A stretch of DNA of 64,000 nt from positions 64,001 through 128,000 of the forward strand of contig CAVUUR010000009.1 of NCBI GenBank assembly GCA_963744715.1, written 5' to 3'. Both the position numbers and the translations under genes were made by a program. Origin of the DNA: an uncultured bacterium. GTDB taxonomy: Bacteria; Babelota; Babeliae; Babelales; JACPOV01. Shown here one piece after another: positions 9,868 through 19,829 of this stretch (its first letter is position 1; each line of letters begins with the position of its first letter). The notes under the pieces are model-generated. The model was not told the origin of the DNA. It saw only the letters and a program-made list of their open reading frames with translations, and ran no database searches.

Positions 9868-11190
9868 ATGAATATTTCTATTCTCAGCGTATTTCCAGAG
9901 CTTTACGAATCATTTCTCAACACCAGTCTTATTAAGCGTGCTCAGGATCAAGGATTAATTACCTGCTCACGCAATAGCTTTTTTTCTTTTGTTCAGCCAA
10001 AAGAACGGATTGATGGACCGGTATTTGGGCATAGTTCAGGTATGGTTATCAAGCCAGAGGTTGTTCAGCGAGCTATTGCAGAGAGAGAAAAACAGGCCGG
10101 CAAAGCATTTAAAATATTTTTTTCTCCTCACGGTAAAAAAATAGATCAGCCGTTGCTTGGTACCCTTGCAGCCATGATGCAAAATATTGATCATCTTATG
10201 TTGGTTGCTGGGCGGTATGAAGGTATGGACGCGCGCATCGAAGAGGAATATGCAGATTTGATACTATCGGTTGGCGATTTTGTTGTTATGGGGGGCGATA
10301 TTCCGGCTATGCTTTTTTTAGAAGGGTTATTGCGCTTGTTGCCAGGAGTCGTTGGTAAAAAAGAATCAATAGAACACGAATCTTTTTCCGGGCCTTTTTT
10401 GGATTATCCTTCATATACTACTCCGGTGGTTTGGGAAAAACGTGAGGTTCCCGCGGTGCTTCGTTCTGGTAATCATGCTGCAATTGAACAGTGGCAAGAG
10501 CAGACTGCTGCACAAAAAACGGTTTTAACGCATTTTGACTGGTTAAAATCGCATGCTATGAATGAGGACCAAAAACAGTTAGCGCATTCATGTATCCCTT
10601 CGCACTATATAGCATTATTACATGATGAAATTGTATTGCCCCATAATATTGTTGGCACCACCTCAGTAACTTCTATGGATATTCATGATATTGCTCGGTC
10701 GGCAAAAACCTATGGATTAAAAAATTATAGTATTGTTACGCCTCTTATTGATCAACAAAAGATTGTTCGTACACTCCTTGATTTTTGGCAGGAAGGACAT
10801 GGTATCGATTATAATAAACAGCGCCATGAAGCAATCAAATCGGTAACGCTGTGTTCAACGTTAGATGAAGTTATTGCTTTTATTGAAGAGCAAGAAGGTA
10901 AAAAGCCACTACTTATCAGTACGTCAGCCCGGTCATTGAAACATCAGAATCTCATTACGTATCAAGATCAGGATTATGTATGGCAAGAACAAAGACCGGT
11001 TTTATTTATTTTTGGAACGGGTAAGGGGCTTGCCCAACAGGTAATCGATCGCTGTGATTACCTATTATTACCCCTTAAAGGGTTCACCGATTTTAATCAT
11101 TTATCGGTAAGATCGGCAGTTGCTGTCATTCTTGATCGATGGCTTGGCATCCAACCTGACATGATAATGCAGAGGAGATTGGCAAAATGA
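9868..11190 (+). CDS. trmD: tRNA (m1G37) methyltransferase TrmD fused to a C-terminal DUF2168-type SPOUT methyltransferase
   Basis: GRYEGMDARI, SVGDFVVMGG; C-terminal DIHDIARSAKTYG, FGTGKGL, FNHLSVRSA. Confidence 0.92.
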   Translation: MNISILSVFPELYESFLNTSLIKRAQDQGLITCSRNSFFSFVQPKERIDGPVFGHSSGMVIKPEVVQRAIAEREKQAGKAFKIFFSPHGKKIDQPLLGTLAAMMQNIDHLMLVAGRYEGMDARIEEEYADLILSVGDFVVMGGDIPAMLFLEGLLRLLPGVVGKKESIEHESFSGPFLDYPSYTTPVVWEKREVPAVLRSGNHAAIEQWQEQTAAQKTVLTHFDWLKSHAMNEDQKQLAHSCIPSHYIALLHDEIVLPHNIVGTTSVTSMDIHDIARSAKTYGLKNYSIVTPLIDQQKIVRTLLDFWQEGHGIDYNKQRHEAIKSVTLCSTLDEVIAFIEEQEGKKPLLISTSARSLKHQNLITYQDQDYVWQEQRPVLFIFGTGKGLAQQVIDRCDYLLLPLKGFTDFNHLSVRSAVAVILDRWLGIQPDMIMQRRLAK

Positions 11191-11267
11191 TATTTTTTTG
11201 GTTATACTAAACAGTATAAAAAGCATACAGAATTGAATTATTACACTATTTTAAGGAATAGCAAAGC

Positions 11268-11687
11268 ATGAAAGCGCAAAAATATACACGAGAAACGATT
11301 CGTGATCTAGGTATAAAAGATAGAAATTTCCCTTCTTTTAATGTTGGCGATACCGTTGCTATTTCACAACGAATCAAAGAATGGGATGAAAAGAAAAAAG
11401 AATACAAAGAACGTATTCAAGTTTTTGAAGGCGATGTTATCTGCAAACATAAAAATGGTATTGCTTCAACCTTTACCGTACGTAAAATTGGTGCAAATGC
11501 TGTTGCCGTAGAAAGAATTTTCCCCTATTATTCACCACTCATTGACTCAATTGCCTTTGTTCGTAAAGGAAAAGTTCGTCGTGCTAAGTTATACTACATG
11601 AGAAAACGTGTTGGTAAAGCAGCTCGCGTTGAAGAACTTGTTATGAGCAAGCAAGATCGAGACAAAAAAGAAGCATCCGCAGAATAA
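11268..11687 (+). CDS. rplS: 50S ribosomal protein L19
   Basis: [23 protein letters not shown]. Confidence 0.97.
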   Translation: MKAQKYTRETIRDLGIKDRNFPSFNVGDTVAISQRIKEWDEKKKEYKERIQVFEGDVICKHKNGIASTFTVRKIGANAVAVERIFPYYSPLIDSIAFVRKGKVRRAKLYYMRKRVGKAARVEELVMSKQDRDKKEASAE

Positions 11688-11765
11688 ATAGAATATGAAA
11701 ATAAAAAACATTATCAAGCATGTGATGCATTTTATCTTATGCCTGATAGATGTAATATTGTTTAT

Positions 11766-12179
11766 ATGAAAAAAATACTATTACTGGTAGGTGTACTATT
11801 ATTTTGTATACCCGGTTGTACTATTAATCAGAAAAAAAAACGTAAAAGGGATTTTATGTGGGTTGAGCAAGAGGCGCGACTCCATGATATCCCTGTTTTG
11901 TTACATGCGCGGCCGATTTCTTTGACCGTTCCTAAACATGAGCCATCATTGGATTCTTCTGACATCGGTATGAAATATAACGTTTCCGGTATAACCTTGC
12001 ATGAAGCACAAGTCTTTTATCTACAGGAAATGGAGCGATTAGGATGGGAGTCTAGCCATACCTTCATACTAACAGAAGAAATGTTACTATTATTCCAGAA
12101 ACCACACAGCAGCGCAGCTATTTCATTGCGTCCCAAGGTTGGCAATGTGCACGTGGTTGTATTTGTTCAACGTAAATAG
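11766..12179 (+). CDS. Putative lipoprotein
   Basis: MKKILLLVGVLLFCIPGC, lipobox-like. Confidence 0.6.
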   Translation: MKKILLLVGVLLFCIPGCTINQKKKRKRDFMWVEQEARLHDIPVLLHARPISLTVPKHEPSLDSSDIGMKYNVSGITLHEAQVFYLQEMERLGWESSHTFILTEEMLLLFQKPHSSAAISLRPKVGNVHVVVFVQRK

Positions 12180-12182
12180 TTT

Positions 12183-12731
12183 TTATGATTTTTCCGCTTT
12201 TTTAGTAGATTCAGTATTGAGCGTTTCTTTTTCCTTGGATTTTTCTTTTAATTCCTTGGTATCTTTTTTCTCACTCGTTGATTTTGTTGTAGTATCATCT
12301 TGTTGAAGTTTTTCGATAAGCTCTTCTTTTTGCAGAATTTCTTTGTTCAAGCGTTCTAGCTCTTTATTATATTCGAGCTGCATCGCGTCCAATTTTTGTT
12401 TTCGTTCTGCTTTTTTTTCTTCTTTTTTCTTTTTATTACGCGCCAATTCTTTTTGTTGTTGTTCTCGGCGTTTCTCTTCTTTCATCCGATAAATTTCTTC
12501 TTCTTGAGCTTGTAAGCGGCGATTCAACCGATCAGTTTCGTACGTATCAACCGTGTTGTTGGTTCGCACTTCTACGTATTCACGGCGCGGTCTGTTATTA
12601 ATAGCTGCCGTGGTAAGAGCGCCTGCTGCAAGACCACCAACGAACCATCCAGCACCATTGCCAGCATAAATGCTTGGGGTGCTTACTACAAAAAATTGTA
12701 CTACTAGTAAAAAAAGTAATGATTTCTTCAT
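12183..12731 (-). CDS. Secreted Gly-zipper/coiled-coil hypothetical protein
   Basis: Signal peptide, GWFVGGLAAGA segment, K/E-rich tail. Confidence 0.7.
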   Translation of the reverse strand: MKKSLLFLLVVQFFVVSTPSIYAGNGAGWFVGGLAAGALTTAAINNRPRREYVEVRTNNTVDTYETDRLNRRLQAQEEEIYRMKEEKRREQQQKELARNKKKKEEKKAERKQKLDAMQLEYNKELERLNKEILQKEELIEKLQQDDTTTKSTSEKKDTKELKEKSKEKETLNTESTKKAEKS

Positions 12732-13059
12732 AAAAAACTCCTCGAGAGCATCTTTAATTTTATTGAATTATATAATAATTAAATATGCCTAAATAATACA
12801 TTATCTAGTATATTAAATTCTATTTGAAAAAATCAATATTTCAGCGCTAAATATAATACCTATACCTGGGTTGCTTTGGTTTTCTATTAGCCCCACTAAG
12901 GTAAAGATTTTTACGATTCTTTTTTTTGCGTAAAGTACAATATTTTTGTAGATTTTTAAGTTGCTCAGCAAAATAGCCTCTCTTGATTTAGCATACTATT
13001 GTGCTAGGTTCTAAAAAATAAAATGAAGCACAATGTTTAGTAAAAAAAGAGAGTGAGTA

Positions 13060-15093
13060 GTGATGAAGAGATTCTTTTTTGTATGCATGATACTTTTTAC
13101 ACCATTCAGATTTTTTGCGCATTCCAGTACCGATTATATACCCAAGTATGGTAATAACAATTATCCACAAATAACTGGGCACACTTCTACATCTTATCAA
13201 AAAAATAATGGCAATGTTCTTTTACAAGCTCTTAAAAAAATAGCAGAGCCCGCAGCTGTTCTAGCTTTTTTAGTATGCTGTGCATACGAATGGTGGAAGG
13301 GAGAAAAAGAATTAAAAGATCCGTATAAAGAAGATCGACATTATGATAAAGAACTGCGCAATCGGTTGGAACGGGAATATCCTAAGCTGCTTGCACTTGC
13401 TCATACATCTAACTATGATAGCGTACCCCCTCATGTAATCAAGCAGCGATTGAATAGTGTAATAGTGCATACTAATAATCATGCTACGTATGAAATCAGT
13501 ACAAAAGTTTTTGCCTTATCCGCACCGATACAACAATTATTATGTGAACATAATCTTCCAGTCAATGCATACCAAACATTGCGAGGATCGACCTTGCAGC
13601 ATACTATCCATACGGAATGCTTGCAGGTAATTGATAGTATTGCGGGAACAAGCATAACGCAAACCAATAATTTCCTGATGTCATTCGTTGAACTGAGTCG
13701 ACAACATAATTATGCCGGCATGGTTACCGATGCGCTTAATCTTCTTGATGTCTGTTGGTCCTTTATGCGATCGGCTACGCTCGCCATTGGCGAAGGTATT
13801 CTTGAAGAGATCAATGCTACTGCAACGGCGATAGCCCATGCAATTACTAATCCACAAGGTGCTGTGATTGAATTGGTAACCAGTGCACGCGACATGACCT
13901 ACTGTGCATTGCACGCTATTAAAAAATATCCAGCATTATTTTCTGTTGTAGTACTACCAGGCCATGAACCATTACTTGCTGCGGGTGAATTAGTACATTT
14001 CGGAAATTCTTTTCGACACTATTCCATTAATCATTCGGAGGAACTGTTAGAAATAGCAGCATCGACACAGCACACCCTTAATAATTACAAAAGGCCTTCT
14101 CCGGCATTTGCACAAAGCATAGAAAATACTGCACATTATTTAATTCGTTTCATTAAACAACATCAATCACTTACTGCTATTCTACAAGAGAATTATAGAA
14201 AACAAGCACTAACACTCACCCAAGAAGTGGGCCGAACCGCACATGCGCTGCAATTGTATTGTGTTAATAATCCGTACGATGCACTTAAAAAGAGTTCTCG
14301 TTTGGTTACACAAACTGTTCTGTTGCCCGTAACTGCTCATTGTTTGCATAAACTTTTTACGGCTGCGTATCATAACATTCCTGCCTATGTTGAAAAAATA
14401 AAACAAGGCAGCAGAGCATTAACCGCACAAGAAGTGCCGGTTGCTGTTGCACTCCAAACAACTGAAATTATTACACCAGCTGCGCTACAAGAAGAATTTG
14501 TGGTGTTGGCAAATACGGTTCAAGAAGAAACTGCTGCTGGATCACTCGTCAATGTTATTCCATTAGTTGAAGACCTTGTAACAAATTTAACGGCGCTTTT
14601 AGAACCAGTGGGAAAAAAATTGCCTCAGTTAAAACAATCATTTGATATTACGCGAAAAGGTTTTCTTGAATCTGCCACTAAATATATTAAAGTTGATCAT
14701 TATCATATTTTAGGTATTGGTTGGGTTAAAAAGGGAAAAGAAATTATTAAATGGTTCGGTTTCCATCATGATTTTATGGGGACTATTGAAAAAAGTGGAC
14801 TGGTTAAATTCACTAACAAAGTTATTCATGGTAACGGGTTTTACAAAGCAGATGTTATTATCAATGGTATTCAACGACCTAAAACTTTCTTCCCTCAACA
14901 TTGGTCTCATGAGAAAGTGATTAGTAAAATTCTGGAAGCTTATGACCATTTCATTAAAAATGGCGCTAAAAATTATGAATTGGGTAAAGATGGTAAATAC
15001 TTTGTAACGGGATTTATTGATGAAGGTGTTAAGATTGAAATGTATATTACTAAAAAAGGTCAAATAGTATCCGCGTATCCAGTATTGATGTGA
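13060..15093 (+). CDS. Polymorphic toxin with a C-terminal bacterial EndoU-type RNase domain
   Basis: C-terminal HYHILG...GFHHD...KTFFPQHWS...SAYPV matches the EndoU_bacteria His-His-Lys layout; N-terminal signal and TM segments. Confidence 0.85.
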   Translation: MMKRFFFVCMILFTPFRFFAHSSTDYIPKYGNNNYPQITGHTSTSYQKNNGNVLLQALKKIAEPAAVLAFLVCCAYEWWKGEKELKDPYKEDRHYDKELRNRLEREYPKLLALAHTSNYDSVPPHVIKQRLNSVIVHTNNHATYEISTKVFALSAPIQQLLCEHNLPVNAYQTLRGSTLQHTIHTECLQVIDSIAGTSITQTNNFLMSFVELSRQHNYAGMVTDALNLLDVCWSFMRSATLAIGEGILEEINATATAIAHAITNPQGAVIELVTSARDMTYCALHAIKKYPALFSVVVLPGHEPLLAAGELVHFGNSFRHYSINHSEELLEIAASTQHTLNNYKRPSPAFAQSIENTAHYLIRFIKQHQSLTAILQENYRKQALTLTQEVGRTAHALQLYCVNNPYDALKKSSRLVTQTVLLPVTAHCLHKLFTAAYHNIPAYVEKIKQGSRALTAQEVPVAVALQTTEIITPAALQEEFVVLANTVQEETAAGSLVNVIPLVEDLVTNLTALLEPVGKKLPQLKQSFDITRKGFLESATKYIKVDHYHILGIGWVKKGKEIIKWFGFHHDFMGTIEKSGLVKFTNKVIHGNGFYKADVIINGIQRPKTFFPQHWSHEKVISKILEAYDHFIKNGAKNYELGKDGKYFVTGFIDEGVKIEMYITKKGQIVSAYPVLM

Positions 15094-15105
15094 AAATAAG
15101 GAAAA

Positions 15106-15492
15106 TTGATGAATAATTTTGTTAAAATAATATTAATAGAAGATTGTTATCGATATAAGAATGCCGATACAGTAGAGATGTGTATTTTAAGTCGTTTTTT
15201 AACATCAGATGTTTATTGTTTTGGCTCATCACGATACAAAGAATGGGCTCTCGATAAAACTTATTTAGGTAGTTATGGAGGCAATATAACCAACCTTGAA
15301 AAAAAAGATAATTATATCGTAGTGAGTGATCAATATTCTGAAGAACCGGATGGTGGCCCTTATTTCCCTATTGAACAACCAGAATTCGTTAAACTTCTTG
15401 ATGAATGGGAAAATATTTGCAAACAAAATCCAAAACCACAAGAAGTTCTTATTACCTATGATGGAAAACATTTTACGTTTGCCTGTAAATAA
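15106..15492 (+). CDS. Putative cognate immunity protein
   Basis: Small ORF 12 bp after the toxin stop, with SD AAGGA; duplicated downstream. Confidence 0.8.
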   Translation: MMNNFVKIILIEDCYRYKNADTVEMCILSRFLTSDVYCFGSSRYKEWALDKTYLGSYGGNITNLEKKDNYIVVSDQYSEEPDGGPYFPIEQPEFVKLLDEWENICKQNPKPQEVLITYDGKHFTFACK

Positions 15493-15496
15493 TCAT

Positions 15497-15706
15497 AAAA
15501 CTTTTCTCCCGCAGCATTGGTCCCATGAAAAAGTAATTAGTAAAGTTCTGGAAGCCTATGATCATTTCATTAAAACTGGCGCAAAAAATTATAAATTGCT
15601 TGCTAATGGTAAATATCGTATAACAGGGTTTATCGATGAGGGTGTAAAGATTGAAATGTATATTACTAAAACTGGTCAAATAACAACAGCTTATCCAGTT
15701 ATATAA
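15497..15706 (+). pseudogene. Orphan EndoU toxin C-terminal fragment, no start codon
   Basis: KTFLPQHWSHEKVISKVLEAYDHFIK...AYPVI is homologous to the toxin tip at 14881-15093. Confidence 0.85.
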
Positions 15707-15714
15707 GGATATCA

Positions 15715-16092
15715 ATGAAAAATAATTACTTAATATTAGCTTTTAAAGATGATTGCTATGGATATAAAGATGCAGATATTGCAGAGATGGCTATACTTGG
15801 ATGCTTTTTAATCTCCGATGTTTACTGCTTTGGTTCAAAACCTAAAGAATGGGTTCTTTTCGACACTCAATATACTAAGTATGGAGCTAACATAACTTTT
15901 CTTGAAAAAAAAGATGGATACATTATTGTCAGTGATCAATATTCTGAAGAACCTGATGGTGGCCCTTATTTCCCTATCGAACAACGAGAATTTGTTAAAT
16001 TTCTTGATGAATGGGAAAATATTTGCAAACAAAATCCAAAACCACAAGAAGTTGTCATTACGTACGACGGAAAACGTTTCACGTTTTCTTAA
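15715..16092 (+). CDS. Second (orphan) immunity protein paralog
   Basis: Homologous to 15106-15492; SD AAGGA. Confidence 0.82.
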   Translation: MKNNYLILAFKDDCYGYKDADIAEMAILGCFLISDVYCFGSKPKEWVLFDTQYTKYGANITFLEKKDGYIIVSDQYSEEPDGGPYFPIEQREFVKFLDEWENICKQNPKPQEVVITYDGKRFTFS

Positions 16093-17529
16093 TTAACGAG
16101 ATAATGCATATTTTTGGTAGAAATAATTCATGAAAATTAGTTGAGGATCAAATTGTTTCTTAAAGCCAAAAAAAGTATCAATGGTGGGATATGCTTTTTC
16201 AAGTTGTTCTTTGCTAGCGTGCAATTGTATAGGTAAATAATAGGTACCATCAAGTTTGCTAACGGTATCAATTAAATGTTGTGTCCATTTTTTTGTCTTT
16301 TTAGTAGCATCATCCGTTAATTTTTGATTCAAAAACAAAACAACACCGACGCAATCATTTCTGCTGTACGACAAAAAACTTTCTGTATTGTGCGGAATAT
16401 AACGAAGGGCTACTTGCAGAATATTTATATTAAATTTTTTAGTCCATACCGAAAGAGCTTCTATAAAAGGAATGAGATTATGCAAGGGGACAAAATATTC
16501 TTGCAACAAATCAGTTTCCGTTGAAGAATTTAAATATATATGCGATAAATGTGGGCTCATGATATTATTACGAGAAATGATGCTTCCATTCGCTACACCA
16601 TCGGCTGGCCCTTGCATTGCTTTAGCAAATGAACTTTGTCGTAAAAATTTCATACCAATTTTTTTTATTGCAACGTATTGTTCTTTATAAAATTTTTTAA
16701 CGTATTTTTTTTTGCGATGAGAAAGTGTATTCTCGTCAATTTTTTTGTAATTAAATACCATTACCTCTGAAAATGATGATTCGTTGACTGGCATCAAAAA
16801 TTGTGCAAAATGGAAACCGAGCGATGGATCATTGTTCATAGTTCTAAGGAAATGTACGTAATCATCCAGGGCAAGAAAACTCGTTTCTTTTTTGTAGATA
16901 TCATTATTAGTAACTTCCATTGTTACTTCCAAGATAATACCGAAAAGTCCATAGCCTCCTATGGCGAGCCTGAAAAGATCGGCATTTTCTGTTCTGCTTG
17001 CATTGACTATCGTACCATCTGCAAGTAAAATTTTTATGCATCGAACTGATTGAATAAATGGTCCATAATGTGGATCTATGCCATTTGCATTCACACTTAA
17101 CGCTCCACCTATGGTGAAAAAATTAGCGAACTGCATAATTTTTACAGCGAGATTATGAGCATTTAAATATTCTTGAACTTGTTTCCACGTTGCTCCGGTT
17201 TGTACCGTTATAAATTTTTCATTAGTATCAAGATTAATTATTTTGTTCAATTTTTTTAAGCTGATAACAATGCCATCAGGATAAAATGCATGCCCACCTT
17301 GGCTGTGCCTTGCTCCTGCGATTGAAATTTTGAGGTGCTCATTGCCAGCACGTTCAACAATTTTTATTAATTCTTCATAATTCTCCGGTGTAATAAATTC
17401 TCGTATGACCGTTTTATTGAGGTGAGAAAAATCATCAATGATGTGCGTATGCGCCATGTCAGGAACGATGATGCCATGATGATTAAGTATTGTGCAAATA
17501 GTTATAAAAATAAAAATATAAAAATTCAT
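16093..17529 (-). CDS. FAD-linked oxidoreductase (FAD_binding_4 / aldonolactone oxidase-like)
   Basis: GARHSQGGH, TIGGALSVNA, GGYGLFGII, FDP...F.N. Confidence 0.88.
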   Translation of the reverse strand: MNFYIFIFITICTILNHHGIIVPDMAHTHIIDDFSHLNKTVIREFITPENYEELIKIVERAGNEHLKISIAGARHSQGGHAFYPDGIVISLKKLNKIINLDTNEKFITVQTGATWKQVQEYLNAHNLAVKIMQFANFFTIGGALSVNANGIDPHYGPFIQSVRCIKILLADGTIVNASRTENADLFRLAIGGYGLFGIILEVTMEVTNNDIYKKETSFLALDDYVHFLRTMNNDPSLGFHFAQFLMPVNESSFSEVMVFNYKKIDENTLSHRKKKYVKKFYKEQYVAIKKIGMKFLRQSSFAKAMQGPADGVANGSIISRNNIMSPHLSHIYLNSSTETDLLQEYFVPLHNLIPFIEALSVWTKKFNINILQVALRYIPHNTESFLSYSRNDCVGVVLFLNQKLTDDATKKTKKWTQHLIDTVSKLDGTYYLPIQLHASKEQLEKAYPTIDTFFGFKKQFDPQLIFMNYFYQKYALSR

Positions 17530-17677
17530 GGTAATGCCATTAAAAAGTTATGTTATCTATATTAGTACTATTATTATATTAATAATAAATTAAAAATGCG
17601 CAACAAATATTTTTATTAAATTCAAATTAGAATTTTTATAAGGAATTGGGGGAAAAAGGCTTAATACGAGATTCTTG

Positions 17678-19072
17678 TTACTCTACATTGAGTATGGTTG
17701 CTAATTTATTGATTTTTCCTGCGCCTAAAAGAAGAACAAGGTCATCAGGAGCAATGCACGTATCAAGCTTGGTTCGTAATGCATTAAAATGAGATTCGTA
17801 GGGAATATATGACACCGTAAAATTAGGATTGCGTGCTTGCAACGCCTTTACTAAATTTTGGCTCGTAATTTCTGGAATGCTTTCTTCACTTGCTGGATAA
17901 ATATCAGTAATGATGAGCGTATCAGGACTATAGTTAAGAAAGGTATCAATAAAAAGATCCCACAATTTATGAGTTCTGGTATACCGATGTGGCTGAAATA
18001 CCACAATAAGGCGCCCTTTGCTTCGATTACGCGCAACCATTAACGTATTTTTAATTTCTTCCGGATGATGGCCGTAATCATCAAAAAGTTCTGCTTTTTT
18101 ATACGTTCCCTTATAGCTAAAGCGTCTATCAATTCCCTTAAAGGTTGCTAATGCATGCGCAATAGTTTCAAACGGTATATCTAAATCAAGGGTAACGGTT
18201 AATGCAGCGAGAGCATTAAGAACATTGTGTCTCCCGGGCATGGTGAGGGTAAGCACACCGAGCGGTTTTTCTTGATGTTTGGAATACGCGGTAAAGGTTG
18301 AATGATCGGGTGCTAATGTTATCTGCTCTGCATAAATATCGGCAGAAGAATCAAGGCCATAACTCAGTACTTTTAAATGCGGTAATGGCAATAATGAGCG
18401 CACATGAAAATCATCGATGCACACTATTGCTTTTCCATAAAATGGTAAATTATTTAAAAATTGTTTGAACGTATCCTTAATATCATCAATGTCCGCATAT
18501 ACATCTAGGTGTTCCAAGTCGATATTAGTTATTACGGCCAGGGTGGGTTGTAAATGAACTAATGATCGATCACTTTCATCCGCTTCGGCAACTAAAAAAT
18601 CACTTTTTCCTAAATTGGCATTCGTTGCAATATTTTTTAAATGGCCACCAATAATAACGGTAGGATCTTTGTGTGCTTCAATAAGAATGTGAGAGATGAG
18701 TGAGGTAGTAGTTGTTTTTCCATGAGCGCCGGCAATAGCAATACTATATTTGGTACGCATTAATTCTGCTAACATCAGTGCTCGGCCAATAGTTGGAATT
18801 CCGCGTTGTTGTGCCGCGAGAATTTCTGGATTATGGCGATTAATAGCGGATGAATATACCAGAATATTAATAGTTACGTCATTGCAATGTGGAGTATTGT
18901 TTCCCTCGTAAATATTACAACCAATTGCTTTTAAATCATAAATACTTTGTTGATGCATGTCTTGATCGCATCCTGAAATGGTATAGCCTTGATATTTTAA
19001 AATTTTAGCAATACCACTCATGCCAATACCACCAATACCAACAAAATGTATATGTGCTTTTTTGTTGTACAT
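17678..19072 (-). CDS. murC: UDP-N-acetylmuramate--L-alanine ligase
   Basis: GIGGIGMSGIA, GAHGKTTT, EADESD, DDYGHHP, FQPHRYTR. Confidence 0.97.
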   Translation of the reverse strand: MYNKKAHIHFVGIGGIGMSGIAKILKYQGYTISGCDQDMHQQSIYDLKAIGCNIYEGNNTPHCNDVTINILVYSSAINRHNPEILAAQQRGIPTIGRALMLAELMRTKYSIAIAGAHGKTTTTSLISHILIEAHKDPTVIIGGHLKNIATNANLGKSDFLVAEADESDRSLVHLQPTLAVITNIDLEHLDVYADIDDIKDTFKQFLNNLPFYGKAIVCIDDFHVRSLLPLPHLKVLSYGLDSSADIYAEQITLAPDHSTFTAYSKHQEKPLGVLTLTMPGRHNVLNALAALTVTLDLDIPFETIAHALATFKGIDRRFSYKGTYKKAELFDDYGHHPEEIKNTLMVARNRSKGRLIVVFQPHRYTRTHKLWDLFIDTFLNYSPDTLIITDIYPASEESIPEITSQNLVKALQARNPNFTVSYIPYESHFNALRTKLDTCIAPDDLVLLLGAGKINKLATILNVE

Positions 19073-19223
19073 GCATACTTCCTATGCTACGAATATTACC
19101 AGTATCATATCAATGTAGATTGATTGTGCAATAGTAGCACAAAGATACTATTTTCTGGTAAAAATGTATCACAGAATCTGCATATTGAATAGCGTGGAAT
19201 ATAAAATAATATTGAATCTAAAA

Positions 19224-19667
19224 CTAAGATTTTTTGTTCAACATTTGATAAAACTGTGAAGTTATAAAGATTAATAACCCTATACCATGTGCACGTAAAT
19301 ATTCTGGTGTTTGATTATAATTGCCTATGCCCGCATGTACAAGACGTGTAATTTCCATCGTAGCGAGGAAACCTAGAAGGTTTGCAACGTCAGAAAATAA
19401 GGTTGTTTCAGAATCTTTCTCGAACATATAATCAGAAATTTTATAGGAAAGCATGTATATAAGCGGAGTTATTGCAGTTTGTTGAGCAAAGCTTAGTAGT
19501 TCCGTTTTTGAAGGCAATGAAGTGGCACTTATTTGTTTTTCAGGAAATAAATATTGACACGTAGAAACAAGTGCTTTAGTAATCATGCTATCATTACTAT
19601 GAACAGTTTGGGATATGAGCCCTGTACTAATAATAAAGCTGTAAATAAGCGGTTTTGCTGAAATCAT
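19224..19667 (-). CDS. Hypothetical membrane protein
   Basis: Signal-like N-terminus and several hydrophobic segments. Confidence 0.6.
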   Translation of the reverse strand: MISAKPLIYSFIISTGLISQTVHSNDSMITKALVSTCQYLFPEKQISATSLPSKTELLSFAQQTAITPLIYMLSYKISDYMFEKDSETTLFSDVANLLGFLATMEITRLVHAGIGNYNQTPEYLRAHGIGLLIFITSQFYQMLNKKS

Positions 19668-19714
19668 AGGCTTTTCTTCCTAAATAGTAAAAATTAAAAT
19701 TACAAATATAATAT

Positions 19715-19775
19715 TAACATAATTTGCCTAGATATCAAGCTAGCTGTTTGACATCTAGGCAAATTATGTTATAAT
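19715..19775. promoter_or_regulatory. 24-bp inverted repeat forming back-to-back sigma70-like promoters
   Basis: Arms 19715-19738 and 19748-19771 differ at 1 base; plus strand TTGACA-N16-TATAAT, minus strand TTGATA-N16-TAATAT. Confidence 0.75.
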
Positions 19776-19829
19776 AGCTAATATATTGATAATATTTTTA
19801 TAAAAAATGATTTAATGGAAAGATTTGCG

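Noticed and set aside
11708..11755. Imperfect hairpin after rplS
   Set aside because: Mismatched stem with no clear T-tract; too weak to call.
15326..15496. N-terminal part of the 126-aa ORF 15326-15706 as a real toxin gene
   Set aside because: It is an off-frame overlap with the immunity gene; toxin homology starts only at 15497.
12732..16100. Toxin locus as a mobile element or prophage
   Set aside because: No integrase, transposase, terminal repeats or phage genes seen.
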